This document shows, piece after piece, positions 8,884-19,926 of a stretch of 64,000 bases of DNA. A program made the position numbers and the translations under genes. Within the stretch, counting starts at the first letter, position 1, and every line of letters begins with the position of its first letter. Below the pieces are notes generated by a model. That model saw only the letters and a list, made by a program, of their open reading frames with translations, did no database searches and was not told the DNA's origin. The stretch comes from an uncultured bacterium (lineage in GTDB: Bacteria > Acidobacteriota > HRBIN11 > JAKEFK01), in the NCBI GenBank assembly GCA_963777505.1, contig CAVZQN010000001.1, forward strand, positions 1 to 64,000, read 5' to 3'.

Positions 8884-10158
8884 TCAGACAAAAACTAACG
8901 CAGCCAAACCACCCGCAAGAATAATCGCTGTAGCAATCGCAATCAGTATTTTCATTTTTCCTTCACTCAGTACCAGAACGAGACCGCATTTCACAAGCGT
9001 GTTTGAAACCGCAGCAATTGTGATCGACGTAACCGCTATTTTTGTATCTCCGCCACCGGCGGCGTATTCAGCCATCGAGAGCGTGATCGCATCAACATCC
9101 GTTAATCCTGCAAGGGCAGCGACAATGTAAAATCCCTGTCCCGGATAGTTCTGCTGAACGTACTTTACAAGTAGGGTTATGATTGCGAATAGTGCTGCAA
9201 ATTTTAACGCTGAGATTAAACTGAATGGATTCCGAAGTGGAACAGATTGAGGTTCATGTTTGCTAGCTTTATCCCCTTCGCTACGATAGTAAAAAAAAGC
9301 GACAGCCGCTGCCAGTAACGACATTGCAATCATTGGAACCAATAACGGACGAAGCAAGGAACGATTTACAACCGTGACCTCAATTAGGATTCGGATAAAC
9401 ATTACACTCCACGCAATCAGAAGCCCTGCAGCAAGAACATTCATCCATCGAACACTCCCTTTTGCTTCCTTGCTCTGCCTCGCAAAAGACAACGTCACAG
9501 CAGTCGATGAAACCATTCCTCCGAAAAGTCCGGTCAATGACGTCCCTTTTCTCTGACCTAACCATTTTGTTGCAACATATCCAACTAAAGAAAGTGATGA
9601 AATCAAAATGACAAGCAGCCACATTTTGTATGGATTGATTGCCTGCCATGGATCGATCGTTTTGTTCGGAATGACTGGCAAAACGATGAATGTTGCAAAG
9701 AGTAATGTTAGAACTGCATAAATATCATTTTCTTCGAGTTTGCCAACGAAGCCATGCAATGGCCGTTTATATGCAAGAACTGCCGAAGTTGCGATTGCAA
9801 GTGCGACTGCAATTTCTTTGTAGCCAAACAAAGTTGTCCCACCCAGTAGAAACACAATAATCCCGGCTGTTTCTGAAGTAAGACCAATTGAGTCCTGATC
9901 ATTCGACCGATTTTGAACGATGTAACCGACAAGAATAAAGGTGGAAACGAAAAATCCTGAAGCGATAAAAATCCATACGGTTTTCAGATGAAGTGAAAGG
10001 TATGCAGAGATAGCTCCTGCAAGCGCGATCAGAATAAACGTTCGAATTCCGCCAAAAGCTGATGCTGAAGCATCCTCTGATTTCTTCTTTTCACGTTCAA
10101 GTCCAACCAGCCCGCCAATCAGAAGGGCGACTGCAAAATTGATTGTTTGATCCAGCAT
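8884..10158 (-). CDS. MgtC/SapB family membrane protein with DUF4010
   Basis: GLVGLERE, GGIRTF, GLTSE, GGMVSSTAVT, GLTDVDAITLS. Confidence 0.9.
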   Translation of the reverse strand: MLDQTINFAVALLIGGLVGLEREKKKSEDASASAFGGIRTFILIALAGAISAYLSLHLKTVWIFIASGFFVSTFILVGYIVQNRSNDQDSIGLTSETAGIIVFLLGGTTLFGYKEIAVALAIATSAVLAYKRPLHGFVGKLEENDIYAVLTLLFATFIVLPVIPNKTIDPWQAINPYKMWLLVILISSLSLVGYVATKWLGQRKGTSLTGLFGGMVSSTAVTLSFARQSKEAKGSVRWMNVLAAGLLIAWSVMFIRILIEVTVVNRSLLRPLLVPMIAMSLLAAAVAFFYYRSEGDKASKHEPQSVPLRNPFSLISALKFAALFAIITLLVKYVQQNYPGQGFYIVAALAGLTDVDAITLSMAEYAAGGGDTKIAVTSITIAAVSNTLVKCGLVLVLSEGKMKILIAIATAIILAGGLAALVFV

Positions 10159-10164
10159 GGTTTC

Positions 10165-10219
10165 AAGATTAAAAATTAAAGATCAAAAATAAAAAACTAA
10201 TTTTTGATTTTTTATTTTT
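10165..10219. repeat. 7-nt-period tandem repeat arranged as inverted arms
   Basis: AAGATTA AAAATTA AAGATCA AAAATAA ... TTTTTGA TTTTTTA TTTT. Confidence 0.55.
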
Positions 10220-13004
10220 CATTTTTTCTATTAACTATATGCTGCCAATTTAGAATGCCATTCCAAAGGAATCGATAATCCGAATAATTTAAATCGCGAT
10301 GCATCGGATTGAAATTGTAAACAAGGAAATGACCTTTGCCTGATGGGATGTCCAGAATCGCTGGACGTCCTTCCATTTGCTCAACCTTTTTTCCACCACC
10401 GCTGAGTATCATCGGTCCGGAGCTTGCGTCATCCGATTCAAATCGCCGTGTACCCCATTGCATAACCATGTGACGAAGATCCCATGGGCCATCTAAACAA
10501 GAGGTGCAATACGATGCTGTGAGCCATCGTTTAGGTGGATCATAAATTCCGTAGTTGGAACGGAAAGCCGATGTTTCAACCGGATAGCCATAACTAATAG
10601 GATGTTCTGGTTGAAGAAATTTTGCGCGGAGTTCAATGCCCGGCGTTGAAACACCATCTAAATACCGGCGGCGTACATTGCGTACAAGACCAGATTCTAA
10701 TACGAGTTGGGTACCAGTTCCGAGCGAGATAAACACTCCACCATCTTCCACGAATTGCTGAATGTTCGCGAGCCCTTTAAAGCCAATTCCTCCAGTGATG
10801 TCCTCCGATTCAGCAGGCGTGCCATGACTAGGTGTCTGCGGAGTCTTCTTATATGGCATGGGTCCCATGACATTTTGTAATCCATGAATTTGTTCCTGCA
10901 GTGCCATTAACGCTGTGCCGAAAATAATTACATCAACAGAATTCTTTAAATTTCCCGCTTTGATTTCCTCATCACGGATGTATGTATATGGGATCTTTCT
11001 TTGATCTAATGTGTAACGGATCCAACCCGCCGAATCAGTATCGGCCCATGGTACCCAAACGCCCAACCGCGCAGGAGGTGCATCATGTTGACCCACATCA
11101 GGAATTGAATTCACTGCATCAAAATCAATTCCAAGACCGCTTGAAGCATTTTTCAATGCATCACCCAAACCTGACTGATCTTTCACGATCCAGGATCCTG
11201 CCGGATATTTTGTATTTCCCGCGGAAAATTCTTTTTCTGCAATCGAAATCTTAAATCCTGAGAGTGCGTATCTCGCCGCGAGCAATCCCTCTTGACCACG
11301 ATCTGCAAGCACAAACGTTGTTCCCGAACCTGCAATCTTTCCAGACGTGTGAACATCTTCCGCAATCATCTGAAGTGGAACATCAAGAATCGCACGATCA
11401 TCAATCCGTATCGTTTGCAGTCCGTAATTTACTGGCAATGCCCATGACACGTCATCATAGGGTTGATACTCAGCATTTTCAGGAAACTCTTGTGGAAGCA
11501 ACAAATCAACCGCGTAATTTCTGTAAGGTTGATCTAGCCTGATCACATAATCGCCTGCGGAAAATTTGCCTTCTTTTGTTTGGAAATTTCGATCCGCTCG
11601 TTGTACTTCGATGTGCTGAATGCGCAGCCGATTAATCATGTGATCAACACTTGCTTTGTCTGCTTGATTGGCTGGAATTACAAATGCAAACGGATTTCCT
11701 GCTTTTCCTTTTTGCAAGGAGTTATTTCCTTTGCGATAAAAATTTCGCAACAACAGCTCTGCTTGCCTCGCCGAATAATCTAAAATTGATAACACCCCGG
11801 TCTGTGAATAATTCACACCATTGCGATGCGACCACACGAATTCACGAGGCGGGGGTGCAGGACGATACCATTCAACCGTTGTATCACCCGGGTCCGTGCT
11901 TCTTAAATATGTCCCCGGTGTTGTATTTCCCATGGTTTCATATCCCCGGCCTATTGAATTGTGATTCAATGCAATCGATTCGGTGAAAGGCTGACCATAT
12001 CCTTCACCAAAATTCCAGGTCCAAACGCCAGGCATATTAAATCCATTCATCTGACTCATTTCATGAAAGCTCATCTCCAAAAATTCACTGACTACGATTG
12101 CATCCATTCCAGGATTATATGGACCCGTACCATTCCATGTTTGAAGCAGCGCAAAAGCTTCATGAAGGTCATGAATTACGGTTGGGTGATAATCAAAAAA
12201 CATTTTGTGAACGGCACGTGTTGTTGAAAGAGCAAGCTGATGAGCGTCGCGATTTGCATCTACATAAACGTATTTTCCCCAGTAAGGTGGTGATTGCCGT
12301 GCCAATAATCCATAGTCAGTAATTCCCTTTCCTTTATGAAAGCGTTTAAACCAATCCACTAACTTTTCACGGCCATCGGGATTCGCAACAGGATTAATCA
12401 ACACAATGAGGTTTTTACGAATTTGCTGAATCATTGGAGTTTCGGAGACAGCAAGCCGATATGCCAGCTCAACGGCCATATCGGGACTTACACTTTCATC
12501 CGCATGGATCGCACAATTTATGAAATAAATCGGCCGCGCAGTTTGAATGATTTTTTCTGCCTGTTCTGGTGAAGTGCGTCTTGGGTCAGCCAGATCGGCA
12601 GTTGCTTTTTTTAGTGCAGACAAATTGCGGATGCCTTCTTCATCTGCAATAGCAACCAGGAGAATTTCACGATCTTCTTCAGTTTTCCCTATCACTTCAA
12701 CGTGAACTCGATCGGAAGTTCGATCCAGTTCTCTCATATAGGCAAAACTTTGCGTTGAGCTAACAAGTTCATCATTTGCACCAGCGATATGGCCAAGGAA
12801 GTCGGTTGGGGAGGGAACAGTTTTTGATTCAGGCACATATGAAACCCAGGAGCTCATGAATCTTGGTTCGGTCGTATCGCGGGCAATCGCTTCAACCGAT
12901 CCTGCTTCCGGAACATCGGGTGAGTAACGATCTTCCATCCATGCAGATGCGGTTAACAAAACAACGAACGATGTTGTTAGAAAACAGATTCGAAAAATAC
13001 TCAC
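10212..13004 (-). CDS. M14-family zinc carboxypeptidase-like exported protein
   Basis: IHADE (HxxE), NPDGRE, DANRD, HDLHE. Probable start GTG 13004 after GGGAGG; the upstream ORF extension is REP sequence. Confidence 0.85.
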   Translation of the reverse strand: MSIFRICFLTTSFVVLLTASAWMEDRYSPDVPEAGSVEAIARDTTEPRFMSSWVSYVPESKTVPSPTDFLGHIAGANDELVSSTQSFAYMRELDRTSDRVHVEVIGKTEEDREILLVAIADEEGIRNLSALKKATADLADPRRTSPEQAEKIIQTARPIYFINCAIHADESVSPDMAVELAYRLAVSETPMIQQIRKNLIVLINPVANPDGREKLVDWFKRFHKGKGITDYGLLARQSPPYWGKYVYVDANRDAHQLALSTTRAVHKMFFDYHPTVIHDLHEAFALLQTWNGTGPYNPGMDAIVVSEFLEMSFHEMSQMNGFNMPGVWTWNFGEGYGQPFTESIALNHNSIGRGYETMGNTTPGTYLRSTDPGDTTVEWYRPAPPPREFVWSHRNGVNYSQTGVLSILDYSARQAELLLRNFYRKGNNSLQKGKAGNPFAFVIPANQADKASVDHMINRLRIQHIEVQRADRNFQTKEGKFSAGDYVIRLDQPYRNYAVDLLLPQEFPENAEYQPYDDVSWALPVNYGLQTIRIDDRAILDVPLQMIAEDVHTSGKIAGSGTTFVLADRGQEGLLAARYALSGFKISIAEKEFSAGNTKYPAGSWIVKDQSGLGDALKNASSGLGIDFDAVNSIPDVGQHDAPPARLGVWVPWADTDSAGWIRYTLDQRKIPYTYIRDEEIKAGNLKNSVDVIIFGTALMALQEQIHGLQNVMGPMPYKKTPQTPSHGTPAESEDITGGIGFKGLANIQQFVEDGGVFISLGTGTQLVLESGLVRNVRRRYLDGVSTPGIELRAKFLQPEHPISYGYPVETSAFRSNYGIYDPPKRWLTASYCTSCLDGPWDLRHMVMQWGTRRFESDDASSGPMILSGGGKKVEQMEGRPAILDIPSGKGHFLVYNFNPMHRDLNYSDYRFLWNGILNWQHIVNRKNEK

Positions 13005-13018
13005 TGTAGCCCTCCCTG

Positions 13019-13092
13019 GTAGAGGGGCGGGTCTTAGACCGCCCATTGCTTCCCGAACCGGATTTGCCGGGCGGCCCAAGGGCCGCCCCTAC
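13019..13092. repeat. REP doublet (REPIN-like)
   Basis: GTAGAGGGGCGGGTCTTAGACCGCCC ... GGGCGGCCCAAGGGCCGCCCCTAC, two palindromes in inverted arrangement. Confidence 0.8.
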
Positions 13093-15548
13093 TATTTCGG
13101 AATGTTCATCATCTTCTTCATCTTCTTCTACCGGATGAATAAATCCAGATCTCACCGGCGGTGGCATTACTGAATTTGCGCCACGAATCGATTTCCAAAG
13201 AATTTCATTCATTTCGCGCATTGGAGCGCGATCTACATCAACCAAATTCATCGACATTGATTCTGCTGCTCCATACGCATCATCACCATTTTTCTCTGTT
13301 ATTGAAATTTTTGCGGGCCGATGAACGTACGGTTTTGTATCAGGTTGTTCTTGAAAAGAAGCATATGCTGGTTGCGCGGCCGCATCGTACTGACTCAACG
13401 GTTCCAATCCCAGAATCAATTCCATCGTGCGAAGGATTCCAGACGTTGTATACATTGTGCTGTCTACAACTCCTTTTCGCACATATGGACTGATGATTAA
13501 AGCAACCGATCGATGAGAATCAACATGATCGGGACCATCTTGCGCATCATCTTCAATCACAAAAATTGCAGATTCTTTCCAAAATTTACTTTTCGAAATT
13601 TCTTCAACCAGACGACCCAGAGCTAGATCATTTTCCGCAACCATTGCGCGTGGAGTTGGATAACCTGGATATGTACTTGCTGTGTGATCGTTTGGTAACT
13701 GAATTAGGGATAGCTGCGGCAGTCCTCCTTCTTTCTCGAATTTACGGAATTCTTTTAGCCAGATGTCCACTCGAACATTGTCAGGAATTTTCAAATCATA
13801 AGCCGGGTAATCCGGATGAACGAACCCTTTTAATCCAGGAACGAAAGCATCGACAGGCCCTTTACCGGAATCTTCTTCATCGACAGCGCCTCTGTGTGCG
13901 AAAATTCCATAACTCCGTACTGATACTCCTGCACGTTTAGCTGCGTCCCACAAATAACCGCTTGGTGGAGCTGCGATGTTGCCGTAAGGAGTTCGTTGAG
14001 GTCCTCTCTCCTTCTGTAAGAAAATCCGCGCCGCGCTCTGCATAATTCATTGGCCACGTTTTTTCGATAAAATCGTTTGCATAGGCTCCCATCGAAAATG
14101 CATGTCCATCTGCACTGACCTCAGCATCCACATAAAAGTTATCCAGCAACACAAATTCGCGGGCGAGTGCATGAGCATTGGGTGTGACTTCTTCACCGAA
14201 CAAACATAGATAAGGGTCACCATTCCCCTCTTTCATATCGCCAAAAACCTGATCATAGGTTCGATTTTCGCGAAGTATGTAAAACACATATTTGATCGGA
14301 GAAGGTTCACCAACCTTTGCTGGAATCGGTGAATTTTGCGGGAGCTCTAGCTGGAGTTAACCGGATGTTGTCCGAGTACGGCGTTAATTCATAAACAGTC
14401 TTCGTGTATGCAGCGAGTTGATTGTCATTCGGTACTTCAAGCATCGAAAGAGTCCCAAGAAGAAGCTGTCCAATATAATTTGGTTCCTCGGGACCTCGGG
14501 GATTTGCGGTTGAAGTTAATCCTTTGCCGCTTAGAATTACGATTTTTTTGCCGTGACCTGTAAAACGTGCCGCAGTCGGATACCATCCAGTTGGAATAAA
14601 CCCCCGAACTTTGCTTTCTCCAGGTTTAGAAATATCGACAACTGCGACAGCATTGTTATCTGAATTTGTTACTAGCAGCGTGGAACCATCCGGTGAAATT
14701 CCAAGCCCTGAAGGTGTCGAACCCATTGGAGCCTGCGGATACAATGCAACTGAGACTTGCTCTTTTGGGTTTCCTGTCTTCAAGTCAATCACCCAAACAC
14801 TATTTGTATTTGCACATGCAACATACAGAAGCGAATTATCCGAAGACATCAACATCGCATTCGGATGTTCGCCGGTTGTAAAACTTCGTAGCACTTTCAA
14901 AGTTACTGTGCTGACTTCCAAAACTTTTGAGCCACCCCAAAGAGAGACAAATATCGTTTTGTCATCAGGACCTGCAAGAACAGAATAGGGTTCTGCTTCA
15001 AGTGAAAGTGTTCGAAGTGTTTTACCGGAAGTAAGCTCAACTTCGTTTAGAACATTACCCAGGATCTGAACTGCAAACAAACGTTTATTATCAGAATGAA
15101 TCGCAATACCGCCAACGAACGATGTTCCGGTTGGCTTATCAAGTTTTATATTTCCTTTCGGTTTCAGTTCGCCGTTCGTAAATTCAAATGACTGAATTCC
15201 GCCATCTCCTGCGCTTGAAGAATAGAGGCTTTTGCCATCAGGACTGAAAGCCAGGCCAAGCCATGCATTTTTCACTGACACTCGATCCAGCACTTGAAAT
15301 TGATGCAAATCGACGACTGTCAGGATTGGTGGTGAGTAGCCGTTGTTCGTCACGATTAAGTAACGTCCATCTTTCGATTCGACCATTTCAAGTGGCAGAT
15401 CACTGAGAGGGATATGACGTCCGGCAGGTTGAATCTTCCAACCATTTGGTAGAAGAATTACCCCCTTTCCCTGAAGTCCAGGTTGCTCTTCTGAAGTCGC
15501 TACTGAGGTCGTAATTACGAATGCAAAAAGTATGATCAAGAATCGCAT
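13090..15548 (-). CDS. YVTN/YncE beta-propeller fused to a phosphoesterase/alkaline-phosphatase-like domain; split by frameshifts into three ORFs
   Basis: Pieces join as ...RAPA[fs ~14336, A-run]NSPIPAKVGEPSPIKYVFYILRENRTYDQVFGD...[fs ~14005]GPQRTPYGNIAAP...LPNDHT...EDDAQDGPDHVDSHRS. The true stop is probably the TAG near 13092 in another frame. Confidence 0.8.
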
Positions 15549-15701
15549 GATGTATTTAGGAATGAATCTCGAGAATTCTACAAAGGATCTCACCATAAGG
15601 GAAGCTGTCTTAACGACTCGATAGGTCTATGGTATGCTCATCTCATTCACAATTTCGTCAACCCTATGTCTTAAAAACCTTCCGACAGGAGGATAGTCTT
15701 C

Positions 15702-16955
15702 ATGACTCAAGAAAACCTCAATCCTTTCGAAATTAGCCAACAACAAATTCAAACTGCTGCACAGATCTTAAAACTTCCCCAGGATCTAACGGAGGTCCTT
15801 AAAAGGCCAAAACGCCAATTAATTGTCTCAATTCCAATTGAAATGGAAGATGGCAGAATTCGAGTTTTTGAAGGATATCGTGTTCAGCACAACATTGCAC
15901 GAGGTCCAGCAAAAGGAGGCATTCGCTACCATCCCAATGTGACTTTGGATGAAGTAAAAGCGCTTGCTTCATGGATGACGTGGAAATGCGCAACAGTCAA
16001 TATTCCTTATGGCGGCGGCAAAGGTGGGATTATTTGCGATCCGAAGAGTATGAGCAAGCGCGAATTGGAACGTCTCACACGCAGGTATACAAGTGAGATT
16101 ATTTTGATTATCGGACCAGATCAAGATATTCCTGCACCAGATGTATACACTGATTCACAAACTATGGCGTGGATTATGGACACCTATAGCATGACAAAAG
16201 GCTACTCATGTCTTGGTGTTGTGACTGGAAAACCAGTTTCACTTGGCGGTTCGCTTGGACGGAATGAAGCGACAGCAAAGGGGTGCTTTTTTGTAACGCA
16301 GGAAGCTGCACGCGCAAAAGGGATTCCATTAGCCGATGCAACTGCCGCGGTGCAAGGATTCGGAAATGCGGGCGCGATTTTGGCACGCTTCTATCATGAA
16401 GCCGGAATGAAAGTAATCGCTGTAAGTGACACAACCGGTGGAATCTATAACCGTAATGGCCTGAATATTCCCGCAGTACTTGAGCAAAAAGAGAGAACAG
16501 GAAAACTGAAGGGCTATCCAGAAGCTGAACCGATTCATAATGACCAGTTGCTGGAATTGGATTGCACAGTCTTGGCTCCTTCAGCTTTGGAAAATGTAAT
16601 CACACTAGAAAATGCTGACCGCATTAAGGCCAAGATTATCGCTGAAGCAGCAAACGGACCGACAACTCCTGGCGCGGATCGTGTTTTATACGATAAAGGG
16701 ATTTTTGTGTTACCCGATATTCTTGCAAACGCCGGAGGCGTAACGGTCTCCTATTTTGAATGGGTACAGGATATGCAAGGATTTTTCTGGGAAGAAGACA
16801 ACGTCAATCAACAACTGCAGCGCATAATGACCCATGCATTTCATGACGTTTATACAACGAGCCAGAAGTTTAAGGTTGATATGCGTACGGCTGCATATAT
16901 CCTTGCAATCGACCGTGTAGCTTCTGCAACACGCGTGCGAGGTTTGTTCCCGTAA
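15702..16955 (+). CDS. gdhA: Glu/Leu/Phe/Val dehydrogenase (glutamate dehydrogenase)
   Basis: GPAKGGIRYHP, GGGKGG, PAPDV, VTGKP, QGFGNAG, ANAGGVTVSYFEW; RBS AGGAGG. Confidence 0.95.
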   Translation: MTQENLNPFEISQQQIQTAAQILKLPQDLTEVLKRPKRQLIVSIPIEMEDGRIRVFEGYRVQHNIARGPAKGGIRYHPNVTLDEVKALASWMTWKCATVNIPYGGGKGGIICDPKSMSKRELERLTRRYTSEIILIIGPDQDIPAPDVYTDSQTMAWIMDTYSMTKGYSCLGVVTGKPVSLGGSLGRNEATAKGCFFVTQEAARAKGIPLADATAAVQGFGNAGAILARFYHEAGMKVIAVSDTTGGIYNRNGLNIPAVLEQKERTGKLKGYPEAEPIHNDQLLELDCTVLAPSALENVITLENADRIKAKIIAEAANGPTTPGADRVLYDKGIFVLPDILANAGGVTVSYFEWVQDMQGFFWEEDNVNQQLQRIMTHAFHDVYTTSQKFKVDMRTAAYILAIDRVASATRVRGLFP

Positions 16956-16962
16956 ATTTTTT

Positions 16963-17007
16963 AACCGCAAAGACGCTGACATTTCCTCGCCGTCTTTGCG
17001 GTTTTTT
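16963..17007 (+). terminator. Terminator-like hairpin built from the 9-nt repeat family
   Basis: AACCGCAAAGACG...CGTCTTTGCGGTT followed by a T-run. Confidence 0.7.
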
Positions 17008-17008
17008 C

Positions 17009-17037
17009 TTGACACAAGAATAGGAATGGTTACTATT
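17009..17037 (+). promoter_or_regulatory. Sigma70-like promoter overlapped by a PerR/Fur-like operator
   Basis: TTGACA-N16-TACTAT, containing the imperfect palindrome AATAGGAAT-G-GTTACTATT, upstream of rubrerythrin. Confidence 0.55.
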
Positions 17038-17060
17038 TTACGATTGCAAGGAGAAGATTT

Positions 17061-17483
17061 ATGGCCCTGAAGGGTTCGAAAACTCATGACAATCTAAAAA
17101 ATGCATTTGCCGCCGAATCCCAGGCCAATCGCCGCTACCTTTATTTCGCACGACGCGCAGATATTGAAGGGTATCCTGATATCGGTGGATTGTTCCGCGA
17201 CACATCGGAAGCTGAAACAGGTCACGCTTTTGGTCATCTGGATTATTTAAAAGAAGTCGGTGATCCCGTAACAAACATTGCAATTGGAGATACAAGAAAA
17301 AATTTACAATCAGCAATTGAAAGCGAAACTTACGAATATACAGAAATGTATCCCGGCATGGCACGTACAGCCCGCGAAGAAGGTTTCGAAGAAATTTCTG
17401 ATTGGTTTGAAACACTGGCGCGTGCTGAAAAATCACATGCCGGACGTTTTACGCAGGGATTAAAGAACCTGGAAAACCTCTGA
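17061..17483 (+). CDS. rbr: Rubrerythrin (short type lacking the rubredoxin domain)
   Basis: [36 protein letters not shown] di-iron motifs. Confidence 0.93.
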   Translation: MALKGSKTHDNLKNAFAAESQANRRYLYFARRADIEGYPDIGGLFRDTSEAETGHAFGHLDYLKEVGDPVTNIAIGDTRKNLQSAIESETYEYTEMYPGMARTAREEGFEEISDWFETLARAEKSHAGRFTQGLKNLENL

Positions 17484-17561
17484 TCCCTTCTACAGAAAAA
17501 TAAATGCCCTTATACCCCACCGCATCAATGGGGAGGCCCTTCTTTGTGCCTTTGTGGTTGA

Positions 17562-18149
17562 GTGCTTATGAAAAAACTTACGCGCCACGATATCTTCTTA
17601 AACGAAGAATATTTAAAAGAACGCGAAGAGCGCCGGAAAATCATCATTGCACTAAAAAGGAATCGTAGAGTGCAAGTGGGTCCTCGTCTTTCAGTGACAT
17701 TCGAAAATCGCGAAACGATCCGTTACCAAATCCAGGAAATGATGCGTGTAGAGCGGATTCAAGATGAAGAAAAAATTCAATTTGAAATTGATACGTACAA
17801 CAGTTTGATTCCAGAACCAGGGAACTTAAGTGCAACAATGTTCATCGAGATTCAAGATATGAATCTAATTAAGGCAATTCTGGATAAACTTCAGGGGCTT
17901 GATCAAACTGGGGTCGTGCTCTTAAAATTGGGAAGCGATGAGATCCCGGCTGAGTTTGAGCCCGGCCACAGCAAAGAAGATCGCATTAGCGCTGTTCACT
18001 ATGTAACTTTCCGGTTTACTCCGGAACAAAGGAAACGTTTTATTTCATCTCCTGTGGAAATTCAAGTAAGACATCCTGAATATGCTGCAAGTGCAGCATT
18101 AACAGAAGATCAACGAAATGAAATTGGAAACGATTTAAAAGAAGATTAA
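17562..18149 (+). CDS. DUF3501 family protein
   Basis: KRNRRVQVGP, FENRETIRYQIQEMMRVE, LSATMFIEI, SAVHYVTF; classic rubrerythrin neighbour. Confidence 0.88.
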   Translation: MLMKKLTRHDIFLNEEYLKEREERRKIIIALKRNRRVQVGPRLSVTFENRETIRYQIQEMMRVERIQDEEKIQFEIDTYNSLIPEPGNLSATMFIEIQDMNLIKAILDKLQGLDQTGVVLLKLGSDEIPAEFEPGHSKEDRISAVHYVTFRFTPEQRKRFISSPVEIQVRHPEYAASAALTEDQRNEIGNDLKED

Positions 18150-18173
18150 GAAGTTCTAATAACTGGAGGAACT

Positions 18174-18632
18174 ATGCCGATTGAAGTTGGACAACCTGCT
18201 CCTGATTTCAAATTAAAAGATCAGAATCAAAAAGAAATTTCACTCAATGATTTACGTGGAAAAAATGTGGTACTCGCGTTTTATCCACTTGATTTCAGCC
18301 CCGTCTGCAGCAAAGAACATGCATGTTTTAAGGATGATTTCAGCCGCTTTCAAGGTTTGAATGCTGAAGTTCTCGGCCTCAGTGTCGATAGCGCATGGGC
18401 ACATAAAGCGTTTGCAGAAAAACTTGGGATTAACTACTCGCTTCTTGCTGACTTCCATCCCAAAGGAGATGTTGCCAGGAAATTTGGGTTGTATCTTGAA
18501 GAGAAAGGAATTACAAATCGTGCAACGGTGATCATCGACAAAGAAGGAATCGTTCGCTATGTAAAAGTTTATGATATTCCTCAACAGCGCGAGAATGCAG
18601 AACTTGTCGATGCATTAAGCAAACTTTCATGA
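18174..18632 (+). CDS. Peroxiredoxin (AhpC/TSA, AhpE-like)
   Basis: FYPLDFSPVCSKE peroxidatic Cys motif, RATVIIDKEG. Confidence 0.9.
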   Translation: MPIEVGQPAPDFKLKDQNQKEISLNDLRGKNVVLAFYPLDFSPVCSKEHACFKDDFSRFQGLNAEVLGLSVDSAWAHKAFAEKLGINYSLLADFHPKGDVARKFGLYLEEKGITNRATVIIDKEGIVRYVKVYDIPQQRENAELVDALSKLS

Positions 18633-19903
18633 TTACCGCCATATTGAAGAAGGCATTCGCTTGTTTGTTCTTGCTCATCTTCTTTCTCTCTCCCATATTT
18701 GCTGCAAATGAAGCGGAACAAGTCAGAAAAATCCTGAAAGAAACGCCATTGATTGATGGTCATAATGATCTGCCATGGCAATATCGTGAAAGCTGGAAGA
18801 ATCACATCGCTGAAGTTGATTTACGTTCCGATACAAGCACCTTAAAGACTCCATTGCACACGGACATTGCGCGTTTGAAGGCTGGTGGTGTTGGCGGACA
18901 ATTCTGGTCTGTGTATGTTCCGGTTGATTATAAGGAAGCGAAAGCTGTGCAAGCTGTCATTGAACAAATCGACATTGTTCACCGTTTCACGCGCGCGTAT
19001 CCTGAAGCATTTGAAATGGCGTATACCGCTGCCGATGTGCAACGCATTCAGAAAAAAGGGAAAGTTGCGTCAATGATCGGCGTTGAAGGCGGTCATTGTA
19101 TTGGGAATTCACTCGCTGTACTTCGCGAGTTGTATTTACTTGGTGCACGCTACATGACACTGACGCATTGGGACAACACAGATTGGGCGGATGCAGCCAC
19201 CGCAAAACCTGCCCACAATGGTTTAAATGCGTTTGGCGAAAAAGTAATCGGCGAGATGAATCGTCTTGGAATGCTTGTGGATCTTTCACACGTTTCTGCG
19301 CAAACCATGAACAAGGTGTTGGATATCACAAAAGCTCCTGTAATTTTTTCGCATTCTTCGGCACGTGAAATTTCGAAACATCCGCGGAACGTTCCTGATG
19401 ATGTTTTGAAACGACTTCCACAAAATGGTGGAGTCGTCATGATCAACTTCGCACCTTCTTTTATCTCAGAAGAAGTACGGCAATATAACGGCCAGGAAGA
19501 TGCTGAAACGGCACGATACAAGACTTTGATGCCTGGCGATCCGGACGGCGCAACGAAAATAGTAGAAGAATGGCAGAAGAAAAATCCGTCTCCAAAAGCT
19601 ACACTTCAACAAGTTGCGGATCATATTGATCACATCCGCAAAGTTGCCGGGGTTGATCATATAGGGATCGGCTCTGATTTTGACGGAATAACAAACACGC
19701 CGACCGGCCTTGAAGATGTATCAAAATATCCGGATCTGCTTGCTGAATTAATGCGGCGCGGTTATACGAAAGATGAAATTCGAAAAATTGCCGGATTGAA
19801 CGTATTGCGAGCTTTAAAGAAAACAGAAGAAATTGCTGCGGGTCTTCAGCAAACTACGGTGCCTTCAGACGTTCTGCTGGAAGAGTTGGTACCCAAGAAG
19901 TAA
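18629..19903 (+). CDS. Membrane dipeptidase (peptidase M19)
   Basis: DGHNDLP, GVEGGH, VDLSHVS, FSHS, GSDFDG; signal peptide. Confidence 0.93.
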   Translation: MITAILKKAFACLFLLIFFLSPIFAANEAEQVRKILKETPLIDGHNDLPWQYRESWKNHIAEVDLRSDTSTLKTPLHTDIARLKAGGVGGQFWSVYVPVDYKEAKAVQAVIEQIDIVHRFTRAYPEAFEMAYTAADVQRIQKKGKVASMIGVEGGHCIGNSLAVLRELYLLGARYMTLTHWDNTDWADAATAKPAHNGLNAFGEKVIGEMNRLGMLVDLSHVSAQTMNKVLDITKAPVIFSHSSAREISKHPRNVPDDVLKRLPQNGGVVMINFAPSFISEEVRQYNGQEDAETARYKTLMPGDPDGATKIVEEWQKKNPSPKATLQQVADHIDHIRKVAGVDHIGIGSDFDGITNTPTGLEDVSKYPDLLAELMRRGYTKDEIRKIAGLNVLRALKKTEEIAAGLQQTTVPSDVLLEELVPKK

Positions 19904-19926
19904 GACTCTGCGTTTTTGCGGTTAAT

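Noticed and set aside
12892-13092. 190-nt overlap between the phosphoesterase C-terminus and the M14 peptidase N-terminus
   Set aside because: Both extensions are translations of a REP doublet; a GTG start at 13004 and an indel-masked stop near 13092 explain it.
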